Virus record (IMG/VR): IMGVR_UViG_3300020045_012733
Span: 1-50,000 of that record
DNA length: 50,000 bases
Strand: one strand, 5' to 3'
Source of the DNA: a virus
Taxonomy: Duplodnaviria > Caudoviricetes
The position numbers were made by a program, and so were the translations under genes. The number at the start of each line of letters is the position of its first letter. Position 1 is the first letter of the stretch. This document shows positions 25,334 through 36,290 of the stretch, one piece after another. The notes under the pieces were generated by a model. That model saw only the letters and a program-made list of their open reading frames with translations. It did no database searches and was not told the origin of the DNA.

Positions 25334-27537
25334 AATTCTTGGAATAATAAATAATCAATATCGAATGTTCTTGTTGTTGTACCTGCTAATTTGTTTATTC
25401 TACTAACAACTGAAGAATCAAAATTACTTGGTACATTTGTTGAAATTGTTGAAACTAAAATTTCGTTTATGTAAAAATAGCAAACACCACTAATTTTAAT
25501 AATTTTCAATTCATACCAAGTATTAATTGCAACTGTAACACCACTATCAGAAGTTGTAGATATAGAAGATGCAGTTGTTTTACATAAAAATTTTCCTCCG
25601 TTTACAGAATGCGTGTAGTTTATTGTTATATTATTGGTAACATTATTACCAGTATCTTCAATACCTGTAATTATAGTGTAAGTATTAGTGGCGTCTGAAA
25701 GTGTTTGCAATCTTATTGCTGTTTTAAATAAAAAATCAGAAGTATTAATATATATTCTTCTGTAATTAAAAACTATTGTGTTAGCAGCGCCTGTACCTGT
25801 ACCTCCTTTTATTATTCCGTTTCTACCATCCTCAGAAGGTAAAAACGATGTTGTTGTCGCTGTTCCTGAGCGAATTATACAAATATTACCCTCGCTTTCT
25901 AAAGTGCCTGTTGTTGCAAAAATACTGCCCGTAAATCCAATTCCATACCCAACCAAATCATCAAAATATGATTTTTTAAATAATGGGTTTTTATCTGCTT
26001 TATTTAATTCTAACTGTTCTAACGATTCGTATATAGGCGTTAAAACTAAACTTGTAGGTATTGGTGTTAATATTCTAACTGGAGCAGTTCCTCCAAATTG
26101 AAAATCAAAGGTAGGGTTTGAACCTCCTCCAACTTTATTTCCATAAAATTTATAAACTATTCTATCTGTTGAATTAAAATTTTCGTTTAAAATTAATGCA
26201 CTTGCTGAAAATTCAACATACGTAGAACTACTAACTTCACTTGTAACATCTGATGTTCCTATTAATGTTTCTGTACCTGATGAATCTCTGTGAAATATTT
26301 TAAAATAAAAAGTTCCGTTTGCCGTTCCTGATACACGTTTAATATTTCCAACAACTGAAATATTAACTCCTGTAATGTTTCCAGAAAAAATACCTTGCGC
26401 TGATGCTAAACTACTAATTAAAACATCTGTTGTGCTTAATGCTCCTGTTGATACATCTACTGCTACATCATCATAACTTGTGTCATTTACATCAATTACT
26501 AATTTGTAATAAGTTGCTATATCTGATACTGCTGTTGTTGGGTACAATATTATATTTGATGGAATATCGTCTTTAGTTGCAACTCTATAAGTCCCACTAA
26601 CTTCTTTATGTGGTTGCTCAATTATTACTTCGGTTCCACTTTTCGGAATTGGTTTTCTTAAATTATAACTTGAGTTTATAATTTCTTCTGTAACACTATT
26701 ATATTCTTGAACTTCTACACTTTCATAAGCAGTAAATTCTCCTTCGGTTGTAGATTCTAAAGATACTTTAGAAAAAGAATTAGTTGTTTTTTCAACATCT
26801 CCAGTAACTTCAACTATTGTATTTCTATCATTTACGCTTCCAAGTTCAAATTGCCGTTGTGTACTTGTATTACCATCTTGAAAATATTCTACTTTAACAA
26901 AATTACTCCCATCATTAAATGGCATTTCTACACCATACTTTCTCGTAGGGCTTCCTATTTGATAAATTTCTGCTGAACCTCCATTATTTAATGTTTGTTG
27001 CAAATTTTGAGAACTTGTTGTAAAACTAAATACATTTAAAATAAATTCGGAAGTACTAACGCAAGTTAAAACAACCATACTTCCTTTTGGAATATTTATA
27101 GCTGTTGTAATTATTTCTCCATTGTAATATAAATCTTGAGTTTCCGAATCAATATTTTGAATTGTTGAAGTGTAATCTTTTTCATTGTGAATTACAATAA
27201 CGTCATTTGCTGAAAATATACCTCCATCAAGATTATAAGTTATAACTCCTTCTTGCTCACAAATTAATATTTTTGTTTTATCACTTGAAATAAAATCATA
27301 ACTTGAAGTTTCAATTAGTTTTATTTCTCGTGAACCTATTGTTATTGATTCAAGTGCTTCGGTTAAATTAAATTGTTCAGTTTCTCCAGATGTTTCGTTA
27401 TGTACCGCTACTAATTTTGTTCCTGTTGTTGATACTGGTAACTGAAAAATTCTTTTTGAATTAGCAACAATTAAATTTTTCCATGCAGTTAATTCATTAA
27501 CTCTATTTGTCCAAAAATCTATATCAAATAATGCCAT
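25330..27537 (-). CDS. Tail fibre / receptor-binding protein
   Basis: 735 aa, S/T/G-rich beta composition, distal tail position. Confidence 0.7.
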   Translation of the reverse strand: MALFDIDFWTNRVNELTAWKNLIVANSKRIFQLPVSTTGTKLVAVHNETSGETEQFNLTEALESITIGSREIKLIETSSYDFISSDKTKILICEQEGVITYNLDGGIFSANDVIVIHNEKDYTSTIQNIDSETQDLYYNGEIITTAINIPKGSMVVLTCVSTSEFILNVFSFTTSSQNLQQTLNNGGSAEIYQIGSPTRKYGVEMPFNDGSNFVKVEYFQDGNTSTQRQFELGSVNDRNTIVEVTGDVEKTTNSFSKVSLESTTEGEFTAYESVEVQEYNSVTEEIINSSYNLRKPIPKSGTEVIIEQPHKEVSGTYRVATKDDIPSNIILYPTTAVSDIATYYKLVIDVNDTSYDDVAVDVSTGALSTTDVLISSLASAQGIFSGNITGVNISVVGNIKRVSGTANGTFYFKIFHRDSSGTETLIGTSDVTSEVSSSTYVEFSASALILNENFNSTDRIVYKFYGNKVGGGSNPTFDFQFGGTAPVRILTPIPTSLVLTPIYESLEQLELNKADKNPLFKKSYFDDLVGYGIGFTGSIFATTGTLESEGNICIIRSGTATTTSFLPSEDGRNGIIKGGTGTGAANTIVFNYRRIYINTSDFLFKTAIRLQTLSDATNTYTIITGIEDTGNNVTNNITINYTHSVNGGKFLCKTTASSISTTSDSGVTVAINTWYELKIIKISGVCYFYINEILVSTISTNVPSNFDSSVVSRINKLAGTTTRTFDIDYLLFQEL

Positions 27538-27549
27538 TTTATTAACTTT

Positions 27550-29574
27550 TTAAATTACTCTTATAAATTCGTTATCATTGCCTTCAATCATTCCTATTGG
27601 TTCAACATTTGTATAAATTGTTTGTGTTCCTGATGTTGCTATATTTTCAACATCTCCTGCTTCCAATAGATTTGCTGTAAAAGTATAAAAATTACTTTTA
27701 CCTTGTTTGCTTATTTCTGGATTTTCCATTAATTTATAAGGAATATTTTCTATTATTAGATTATCTTTTTTAAATGCTCTGTTTAATTTCCTTACTATTC
27801 CTGTGGTTACGTTAATTACTTGAAATTTAACACCATCGTAATTTTCTGCATCAATTGAAATAACTTGACTATCTGTTTTTTGATTTTCAACTGAACCATC
27901 ATTAATTAATTCTGAAATATCACAAAGAACTAATCTGTTTTTCATTTTTATTCCGCTATAATAATAAATATCGGTATTTGTTGAATGATACCAAATAATT
28001 TCTATTGAACGATGCCATCTCGTTTTTACGCTTATTTTTTCAGAAATATAGTAAACATCTGGAAAAGTTTCATCAGGTTCATCTTGATAAAACCTCATTA
28101 AAACATTAAATTGTTTATCTAAATAATCATTCATATTTATTGGAAGTTCCCAAATATTATAAGAATCCCTATTATAAATTGTTTGAATAGTTCCGTTTAT
28201 TGCAGGATCAATTGTAATGCTTAAATTTAAAATCAAACTTCTTTTTCCATCATCGGCTAATCTAATATCAATTATTTGTAAATTTCCATAAGCAGTTTCA
28301 ACCCATGTTCCAACAATTCCATAAGGAGGTAAAAGTCCATTTAATTCATAAGTTCCGTTAATATCTGTTGTGTTATAATCATAAGTGTTACCTGTTAAAA
28401 ATAAAACGGCTAATTTACCATCATATGAATAATAAATACAATCTCTTTTATCTTCTAAACCAATATTATTAACTATTTTTTCTGCAATAATTTCAACTAA
28501 ATTTCCATCATTATCTTTTGAATAAGCTTCTATATTTTGGTAACTTGTTTTTATTTGAGTTCTAATATCAATATCGCAACTTTGAAATAATTGTGTAAAT
28601 CTATATGGAATTTGAACATTTTCGGCACAACTCAAAGTATTAAAAACATTTTTATAGTTTCCGCAATTTTGATGGTCAACTAATCTAACAAATCTTAATG
28701 AATTTTCTTCTGATACATAATGATATGGAACTGTTACATTTCCGTTTGTTTCTCCATTATTTATAACTGTAAATGTTCTTTCGCATCCATAAATATCTTT
28801 AATTCTTAATGTATAAGTTCCTATTTCTAAATCTTCAAATAATGGCTCTGCTTGATAATCTACACCATTTATTGAAAAAAGTAATCCTAAAAACTCATAA
28901 CCATCTTGTAAAATATTTATAATTAAATTATTTTCGGTAAAATAAGCATTTACATTAATTTCTGAAAGTGAATCAAAAAAACCAAAACTTAAAATAAGCG
29001 TGTCGCCTGTTGTTTTAAGCATGTAAGAATAGTTCCTTTGTAATTCACAATCAAAATAATTAGGAATCGTAACCGCTTTATTTGTTGCTAAAGTTGTATT
29101 TCTTAAAATATAATTTCCTGGTGTTTGTGCAAATATTGGAAGTGCATTTACACTTGATTGGTTTGATAAAAAAATAGTTTCACATGGTGTTGCTGTTCTA
29201 AATGAAATATATTCATAATCTGAAACCAACTCCCAAACATAAATTTGATTTGCAGGTGCATCCGATGTAATTGTAACCTCAATTGTATTATCTACTATTG
29301 CATAATCTATTGATGTGTTGTAACCTCCAACAATTCCACTGAAGTAATAAATAGAATTTAAAACTCCTAAAGTGTTTGTAATTGTTGCTGCTAAATTTGC
29401 TCCGATTCCAATTTGATAAGGAGCATTATTTCCACCAACTTTATAATTTAGATTAATGTTATTAATTCCACTTCCATAAGTTAATATAGTTCCATTAATA
29501 TAAATTTTATATTTGAATGATTTTGTAGCTATTGGTTGCTGCTTAAAATCTAAAATTATTTTCTTTGTCGCCAT
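27550..29574 (-). CDS. Tail tip/baseplate protein
   Basis: 674 aa; Ig-like segment FEDLEIGTYTLRIKDIYGC; synteny. Confidence 0.65.
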   Translation of the reverse strand: MATKKIILDFKQQPIATKSFKYKIYINGTILTYGSGINNINLNYKVGGNNAPYQIGIGANLAATITNTLGVLNSIYYFSGIVGGYNTSIDYAIVDNTIEVTITSDAPANQIYVWELVSDYEYISFRTATPCETIFLSNQSSVNALPIFAQTPGNYILRNTTLATNKAVTIPNYFDCELQRNYSYMLKTTGDTLILSFGFFDSLSEINVNAYFTENNLIINILQDGYEFLGLLFSINGVDYQAEPLFEDLEIGTYTLRIKDIYGCERTFTVINNGETNGNVTVPYHYVSEENSLRFVRLVDHQNCGNYKNVFNTLSCAENVQIPYRFTQLFQSCDIDIRTQIKTSYQNIEAYSKDNDGNLVEIIAEKIVNNIGLEDKRDCIYYSYDGKLAVLFLTGNTYDYNTTDINGTYELNGLLPPYGIVGTWVETAYGNLQIIDIRLADDGKRSLILNLSITIDPAINGTIQTIYNRDSYNIWELPINMNDYLDKQFNVLMRFYQDEPDETFPDVYYISEKISVKTRWHRSIEIIWYHSTNTDIYYYSGIKMKNRLVLCDISELINDGSVENQKTDSQVISIDAENYDGVKFQVINVTTGIVRKLNRAFKKDNLIIENIPYKLMENPEISKQGKSNFYTFTANLLEAGDVENIATSGTQTIYTNVEPIGMIEGNDNEFIRVI

Positions 29575-29577
29575 TTT

Positions 29578-31695
29578 TTAAATATTTGCTTTTATTAATA
29601 CAAATTTACCCTCTTTATTTGGTTTAACTGATGGATAAATAAAACCATACTCAATATTTCCATATTCGTTTACAAACTTAATTAATTTATACGGATTATC
29701 AGTTATTTGCTTAAATTGAGCCATTGATATTTTTTTACTGAATGTTATTGATTCTGGTAAAAAATACGGACTTAACAATATTGAATTTTCAACATTTGCA
29801 CGTTCTGGATAAATTGTTACTAATTGTGAGTTACCTTCTGTATTAGCGTATTGTAGTTTTTGTGTTGGATATTTTTGTAACCCTGTACTAATTGTTTTTG
29901 ATTTTCTTAATAATGAATTAAACGGACTTAAACGCAAATTAAAAGCAGTTAATACTGAATAAATCCCTGTTGGTTCTATTTCAAAGTCATCTGTCCAAAT
30001 TCTAACAAAATAAACAGTTTCTCCTTCAAATATTCCTGTTTTAGCATCAATACCAAAATTATATTTATCATATTTTGTATCTAATTTTGGAAAATCAACA
30101 TATTGCTTTTCTTGTGCTAATGTCATTCCATAACTATCAAATCTAACTTTTGAAATTGCTGGAAATTTGTTATCTAATTCATCTAAACAAGTTGTATAAG
30201 TATTACGAATGTTATACTCATCAAGTCCTACTACTTCTTCATAAAGTCCATTAAAATCACATCCTATTTCAATTGTTGAATAGTGATGTTTTTCTTCTAT
30301 TTGTCTATCAATATCAACAACACGCCCTAAATCAATACTTGAGCTTTTTATAAATGCTTCGCTTTTTTCTTCTACTTTAATTATGTTTCCATTTATAAAT
30401 AATGCAATATCATCAATTGAATTTAAACTATTATAAACTTCTTCTAAAGATGTTGTAATTGATTTATCTGGAACTTGTCTAATTTTAAAACCACTTGTAA
30501 AAAGTAAATCTTTCCATTTATTAGAAAGTAAATTTGATTGAAAATAATTTTGTCCTGTAATTATATGAATTAGTCGCTCAAAAACTTGATAATATGTTAA
30601 TACTTCACAATCTGTTGTTTCAGATATTGTATCTTCTTCAATTTTCATTACAATATCATTATATTGTACTAAACAATCACTTCTATTAGGATTTCTTACT
30701 GATAAACATAAACATTGATGTTCTAATAAATCAACATCTAAATTTATATCAAAAAAATGATTGGTTAAAGTATCAGCTACACAATCAAATTGACCTAAAA
30801 CTTCTAAACTATTAAAAATTAAATCTTCTCCTTCTTGATATGTGTGTTTTGATAATACTAAATATAATTCATTTGTAAATCCATCTAATAAAACACTCAT
30901 ATCTATTTTAATATCAATGTTTATTGTTTTATCTTTATTTGAGTTCAAATAAAATACTTGTCCTGAATTAGGAAATAAATCAACACTTCCCGATATTGGC
31001 TCAATTCCTGTATAACTCAATTTACGACCAATAATATTAACCCATCCGTCTGTCGAAATTGTTATTGTTGGGTCATTTACTTTTTCATCACTACTATATT
31101 TTTTTGGTATAGTTGGAACTACTGACCAATATTCGTTTAATGGCGAAATATTATCCGAAGGTATGTATTTATATAATGTATTTTCACTATCAAATAGACT
31201 TTCTCTAAAAATATTCCTACCTTTTAATCTTAATTTTTTATACTCCAAAGGAGGTAAAACACCTCCTTTTAAATCCGTTAATCTTTCAAGTTCAAAAGCA
31301 TCTTTAAACCTACTTTCTATTGTGTTAAATAATTTACTTTCGTTTAGTTTTAATTTAACGTATTTTTTATTTCTTGAATATGTTTTAAAGTCTAAAAATG
31401 CTGAATAAGTTAGTCCCCAAATATCGGTATTTTCATTTCGTTCTTCTCTTTCAATTCTTACTACTGCTTTTATTCCATTAATATCATATTCAGATTTTAA
31501 TAACTTATAAGCTAATCCATAAAACTCTAAATTTGAATTTGACATATTAGCCATAATTCCGAAAAACTTTTCAGAACGCAATAATTCTTTTTGATCATCA
31601 TACCAATTATTAGGTTCGTCAATTACTTTACTTCCAAAAGTATTTCCATAAATAGTATAACGAACTCTATTACTTCTCGATTGTTGATTACTCAT
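29578..31695 (-). CDS. Minor tail protein
   Basis: 705 aa immediately after the tape measure gene. Confidence 0.65.
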   Translation of the reverse strand: MSNQQSRSNRVRYTIYGNTFGSKVIDEPNNWYDDQKELLRSEKFFGIMANMSNSNLEFYGLAYKLLKSEYDINGIKAVVRIEREERNENTDIWGLTYSAFLDFKTYSRNKKYVKLKLNESKLFNTIESRFKDAFELERLTDLKGGVLPPLEYKKLRLKGRNIFRESLFDSENTLYKYIPSDNISPLNEYWSVVPTIPKKYSSDEKVNDPTITISTDGWVNIIGRKLSYTGIEPISGSVDLFPNSGQVFYLNSNKDKTINIDIKIDMSVLLDGFTNELYLVLSKHTYQEGEDLIFNSLEVLGQFDCVADTLTNHFFDINLDVDLLEHQCLCLSVRNPNRSDCLVQYNDIVMKIEEDTISETTDCEVLTYYQVFERLIHIITGQNYFQSNLLSNKWKDLLFTSGFKIRQVPDKSITTSLEEVYNSLNSIDDIALFINGNIIKVEEKSEAFIKSSSIDLGRVVDIDRQIEEKHHYSTIEIGCDFNGLYEEVVGLDEYNIRNTYTTCLDELDNKFPAISKVRFDSYGMTLAQEKQYVDFPKLDTKYDKYNFGIDAKTGIFEGETVYFVRIWTDDFEIEPTGIYSVLTAFNLRLSPFNSLLRKSKTISTGLQKYPTQKLQYANTEGNSQLVTIYPERANVENSILLSPYFLPESITFSKKISMAQFKQITDNPYKLIKFVNEYGNIEYGFIYPSVKPNKEGKFVLIKANI

Positions 31696-31700
31696 AATTT

Positions 31701-34700
31701 TTAATTAAAAAAGTTACTCGGTTTACGACCTATGTAAACGTTGTTAACGTTATTGTTATTTATTTTTGCTTTTTTAAATCCTTTTTCAATTCCTTTTTCA
31801 ATTTTACCAGAAAGTCCATTTAATTCTTTTCCTAAATAGTAATCAAAAGCTTTCAATTGATTTGATTGATTTACAAATGAAGCCATTATTGATGCACTTT
31901 CTAAATTTAATTTATTTTTATTAAATTCCTCTAAAGAACTATGAACTTTTGCACCTTTTGGTAAATCCAAAATAGTCGGTTTATTTGGCGTTAAAAATAA
32001 ACTTCCATCTAGATTTTCTACAACTTCAGTAACATATCCATCTCCTAAAACCGCCTTACCTCCTTTGTGATAATCTGTACCATCTTTGTATTGTGGCAAA
32101 GGAGTAGCTAATATTGTAGCTGTTCTAACTGCTGCACTTGCAATAGCAATTGGTGTTAATAAAGCAGCTCCAATTGTTCCTGTCATTGCTGCATTCTTTG
32201 AAATCTCTTGTGCTAAATTAATACCTACTTCTGCTAAAGCCATTATTTTATTAAACATAGCTTGTTTACGTTGTAATGCTACTCTTTTACGTTGTAACTC
32301 CTCTTCTTTTCTCGCTTTTTCTTCAAGTAAAAGCTGCTCTTGTTCACTTCCATTTTCTGCATTTGCTAATAATGAATCGTAGTATTCATTTGATTTTTCA
32401 ATCTCTAAATCATACTTTGTAATTGAATTATCAAAAAGTTGATTTGCTAAATCTGAAACATCTGAATTCAATCTTGATGCACCTTCTAATACTGCGTTAT
32501 TATAATCTTCTTTTGCTTGTTGAAGTTCTTTAATATTATCAATTTCTGCGTTTTTAACTTGATTATCTGCTTCAAGTACTTTCTTTTTTGATTTTATTAT
32601 TTCTTCATCTAAATCTAAAAGTGCTTTATTGTTAAAAATTTGATTATCAATTTGCTCTTTTGATAAATTATTTATTTCTCCGTTAATTTTAATTTCTCTT
32701 TCAAGTCTTTCTCTATCCCTTAATTTTCTGTCAAGTTCTAATTGAGCTTCACGCAAATTAACATCCGCAGTACTTTGAGCGACTAATTTTGAAACTTCTT
32801 TTAATTTTGCATCAATTTCTTTAACTGACAAACCATCTTGAACTCCTGATAAAATTTCTTTAATTTTTTCAATTCCTTTTAAATCTACTTCGGCTATTTC
32901 AATATCGGCTTTTTGGAAGTTAATTTCATCGTATGCTTTTTGCATAACTCCGACTAACTCTTTGTTAATATCAATTAATCTTTGAGCTTGATTTTCGTAA
33001 ATTATGTTTTGTTTATTAGTAGCATCTTGTAAAATTCCGCTTCTATCGTATTGCAATTGTTCTTCTGCATCTTTTAAAGCAATATTATATTTTGCTCTTG
33101 AGATTTTACCATCTGAAAGATAAGTATCTAATTGCTCTTTTTGGTTTAAATACTCATTTTGTGTAGTTCTTAATCTTTCATCTGTTGCAAATTTTAAAAT
33201 ACGAATTTCTTCTTGTGATTCTCTATTTGCTAAATCTAATTGATTTTCATAGTATTGCTCCGAAGCCAACAAACGCAAATCGTAACCACTTGCCTCATCT
33301 TCCATTATTTCCTTATTCAAATTGCTTTGATTTGTTTTTCTTAACTTCCATAACTCATACTCACTTGCTAAATAATCTTCTCTTGCTTTAGTGTTTAGTT
33401 TTATGGCTTTTGTGTTTTTGTCTTTAGCATCTGTATCTTGATACTCTAATGCAATTGTTTCTGTTTTTAAATTAAAAATATCCTCTTCATTTTTAATTGT
33501 GTTTTTTTGAATTAAATCTATTTCTTTTTGTGTTTTAGCCGTTTTTTGTACTGCATTTTCATATATCCTTTCGGCTTCTGACATTTTAATTCTTTGAGCT
33601 TGTGCGGTTGCTCTATCATTAATTATTGGTTTTGATTGTTCTATTTCAAGTTTTTTTAATGCTTGTTTTTCTGATATTTTATTTAATTCAATTTCTTTTT
33701 CTAAATCAATTAATCTTTGTCTATTTTTAACGTTTAAATCTGTCTTTTTATCAACTTCTTTTCTTTTTTCCAAATCTTTAGTTAGTTGTTTTACTGCTTC
33801 TGATGTTTTACCAGTTAATATTTGTTCATCTGTTAAGTTTTTAAAATAATAAGGATAATCGGCTCTTAATTTTTTCAACGCTACTTGTCGTAAATCATCT
33901 GCAATACTTCTATCTTTTACAACTGCTAAATATTTTCTTAATTCAATAATATCAGTTTGAGCATCTTTTTTACCTTCTAACCTTGCTTTATTAAATTCTT
34001 TTTGGCTATTATTTATTTCTTCTAAAGCGGAACTTGCTCCAAATAATTCTTTTGTAAAATTTGCTATTTCCTTACCATACAAAGCAAGTAAAAGCAAACC
34101 AACTGACATAATAGTATTGAATGATAACAAAGCACTTCCTACTTGTTTCCAAATTGATGTTACTGGTTTACCTTGTGCAATTAACTGTTTATTTATTTCA
34201 ACTGCTTTTTTAATCTCATCTACTGCAATTGGAATATTATTTGAAATACCTAAAGCAAATGTTTGAAATCCAAAAGTAGCAGATGGAAGTTCCCTTGCAA
34301 TTTGACCGATTGAATTACTCAATCCTACGTTTGCTCTTTCGTATTGTCCTACGTATTCTCTTGCATCGCCTATCGATGTTTTACCTGCTTTAATTGCATT
34401 ATCATACTTTTGAAATTGTGCCGTAGCTTGTGTAAGTTCTTGACTTTGTTCTTCTGTCAATTTGTTACCCATTGCAATTTGTGCGTTATAATCTGCAACT
34501 ATTCTACTTGCTTTGGCTCTTTCGACTGATAATTTTTGAATGTATGTAGTTAGATTTGAATTTGCTACTGCATTTCCATCTAATATTTTTCGTTCTTCTC
34601 TTGCATCAATTATAGCATTTCTACCCTCTTGAGTCATTTTTGCTTTTGCTTTAGTATGTTCATCAACTTTTTTAGTTAATTTATCTAAAGCATCTTGATT

Positions 34701-34925
34701 CTTTTTATAATCGTCTTGAAGTTGCTTTATTATCTTTTGTGATTCCAAAAGTTTTTTATTCAAATCTGAATTATTAACCGATGGAATACCGAATAACTTT
34801 GCGTTTTCTCTTGCTGTTTTTGAAGTCTTTAAAAATTGTTCATCTAACATCTCAAGATAAACAATCATATCTTCAACTTGCTTATAAGCTACTTGCTCAA
34901 TTACTTTGTTTAATGAATTTGACAT
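31701..34925 (-). CDS. Tail tape measure protein
   Basis: 1074 aa, helical; VGQYE, QIARELPS motifs; C-terminal PQYKDGT. Confidence 0.88.
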   Translation of the reverse strand: MSNSLNKVIEQVAYKQVEDMIVYLEMLDEQFLKTSKTARENAKLFGIPSVNNSDLNKKLLESQKIIKQLQDDYKKNQDALDKLTKKVDEHTKAKAKMTQEGRNAIIDAREERKILDGNAVANSNLTTYIQKLSVERAKASRIVADYNAQIAMGNKLTEEQSQELTQATAQFQKYDNAIKAGKTSIGDAREYVGQYERANVGLSNSIGQIARELPSATFGFQTFALGISNNIPIAVDEIKKAVEINKQLIAQGKPVTSIWKQVGSALLSFNTIMSVGLLLLALYGKEIANFTKELFGASSALEEINNSQKEFNKARLEGKKDAQTDIIELRKYLAVVKDRSIADDLRQVALKKLRADYPYYFKNLTDEQILTGKTSEAVKQLTKDLEKRKEVDKKTDLNVKNRQRLIDLEKEIELNKISEKQALKKLEIEQSKPIINDRATAQAQRIKMSEAERIYENAVQKTAKTQKEIDLIQKNTIKNEEDIFNLKTETIALEYQDTDAKDKNTKAIKLNTKAREDYLASEYELWKLRKTNQSNLNKEIMEDEASGYDLRLLASEQYYENQLDLANRESQEEIRILKFATDERLRTTQNEYLNQKEQLDTYLSDGKISRAKYNIALKDAEEQLQYDRSGILQDATNKQNIIYENQAQRLIDINKELVGVMQKAYDEINFQKADIEIAEVDLKGIEKIKEILSGVQDGLSVKEIDAKLKEVSKLVAQSTADVNLREAQLELDRKLRDRERLEREIKINGEINNLSKEQIDNQIFNNKALLDLDEEIIKSKKKVLEADNQVKNAEIDNIKELQQAKEDYNNAVLEGASRLNSDVSDLANQLFDNSITKYDLEIEKSNEYYDSLLANAENGSEQEQLLLEEKARKEEELQRKRVALQRKQAMFNKIMALAEVGINLAQEISKNAAMTGTIGAALLTPIAIASAAVRTATILATPLPQYKDGTDYHKGGKAVLGDGYVTEVVENLDGSLFLTPNKPTILDLPKGAKVHSSLEEFNKNKLNLESASIMASFVNQSNQLKAFDYYLGKELNGLSGKIEKGIEKGFKKAKINNNNVNNVYIGRKPSNFFN

Positions 34926-34926
34926 A

Positions 34927-35604
34927 CTATTCTGATTTATTAGATTTATTATTTTTTACAACTTCTTTTACTTGTATTTCCATTGCTGCAAATGCTACAA
35001 GCGATAACTTTTTAGGGTTGATTTTATCAATTTTCAATATTCTTTGATAAATTAATAACATACTTTCAAAAGATAATATTTGATTTGATGCGCTTTGTTC
35101 GTTTTCCGCTTCGTTTTCTCTTGTTGGGTATATTTCTTCTGTTAAAGTTTCAATTGTTGTTTGAAAGGCTTCTATTTCGCTTTTTATCAAAAGTAAAGCA
35201 TCAATTAAAGGAATTTCTTTATTTACTTCAAATCCCCAACTTTCTAACTCACTTATTAAACCTTCAAAAACTTCAATAGCGACTATGTTTAATACTATTC
35301 GAGTTTGAATCCTATCTATTAAAGCAATTCCGAACTTACATTTTAATTCTAATTCCTCTCTATAAGAAATTAAATCAAATTTGTTTACCATATTTTGTTC
35401 TCCACGTAATTCGGCAAACTCTTTATTAATTTCTTCTAATTTAGAAACTAAAACTTCATTACTTGGCTTTTTTCCAGACTTAACCAAATAACTATAATCG
35501 TTTGAATTTATCATTTGTAAGTATTGCCAAAGCATTACTTCACTACAATCTTTTCTTAAAATTGTTTTTTTTCTTCTCAAATTTAACTTTGCAATAGTTC
35601 CCAT
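34927..35604 (-). CDS. Tail assembly chaperone-like protein
   Basis: Position upstream of the tape measure gene. Confidence 0.5.
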   Translation of the reverse strand: MGTIAKLNLRRKKTILRKDCSEVMLWQYLQMINSNDYSYLVKSGKKPSNEVLVSKLEEINKEFAELRGEQNMVNKFDLISYREELELKCKFGIALIDRIQTRIVLNIVAIEVFEGLISELESWGFEVNKEIPLIDALLLIKSEIEAFQTTIETLTEEIYPTRENEAENEQSASNQILSFESMLLIYQRILKIDKINPKKLSLVAFAAMEIQVKEVVKNNKSNKSE

Positions 35605-36062
35605 ATTTCTGGTATAATTCGTTCGTTGTTAATGTATAATTGGTTCATAGGATTTAAACCTAATAAATCTTTGTATTTTCCTTTTATGCTTTCTCCAAAA
35701 TCTACTCTTGAATTGAAATCAAACATAATGTTTCCGCTTTCGTTTACAATCAAAATATTTCTATGAATGTAACCATTTATGTATAAGTTTGGAGCGTTTG
35801 GATTACGTTTTGGGTTTGGTGTAATTGATTGCTTCCATTTTATATAACCTCTTGCCTGTCCTTGTGTTTTAAAATAACTATCTTCAGTATAAAGAGGTCT
35901 TAAATCCTCTCCTTTGTTATTCTGTCCGTCATAAATCTGTTGACGTTGTAATTTTAAAATCTCCTTTTCGTTTTTATAAATAGCATTTTCAATCGTTTCT
36001 GGTATTTTTTCCAGGCACGACTTATAAAATTTAAGTACATCTTTTATTGTTGAATCTGCCAT
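35583..36062 (-). CDS. Neck/tail completion-like protein
   Basis: Synteny; PNLYING motif. Confidence 0.5.
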   Translation of the reverse strand: MADSTIKDVLKFYKSCLEKIPETIENAIYKNEKEILKLQRQQIYDGQNNKGEDLRPLYTEDSYFKTQGQARGYIKWKQSITPNPKRNPNAPNLYINGYIHRNILIVNESGNIMFDFNSRVDFGESIKGKYKDLLGLNPMNQLYINNERIIPEIWELLQS

Positions 36063-36229
36063 TTGTAAAACTTTTTATTTTACTTTAAATTTAATATTAA
36101 AACCTAAATCTAATAATTGATTTTCAAGTTTAACCATTTTATCTAAAATTTTAATTCCTTTACCAATTCTTTTTAATTCTTTTTTTGCTATGCTTTTTTT
36201 TATTGCTTTCATACTTTTATTTTTAAATC

Positions 36230-36266
36230 AAAAAAGGAGCGAAGCCACCGACCTCACTCCCTTTTC
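36230..36266 (-). terminator. Intrinsic terminator after the major tail gene
   Basis: GGGAGTGAGG...CTTCGCTCCTTTTTT. Confidence 0.75.
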
Positions 36267-36290
36267 TCAATTAACTAAAACAAATTAATT

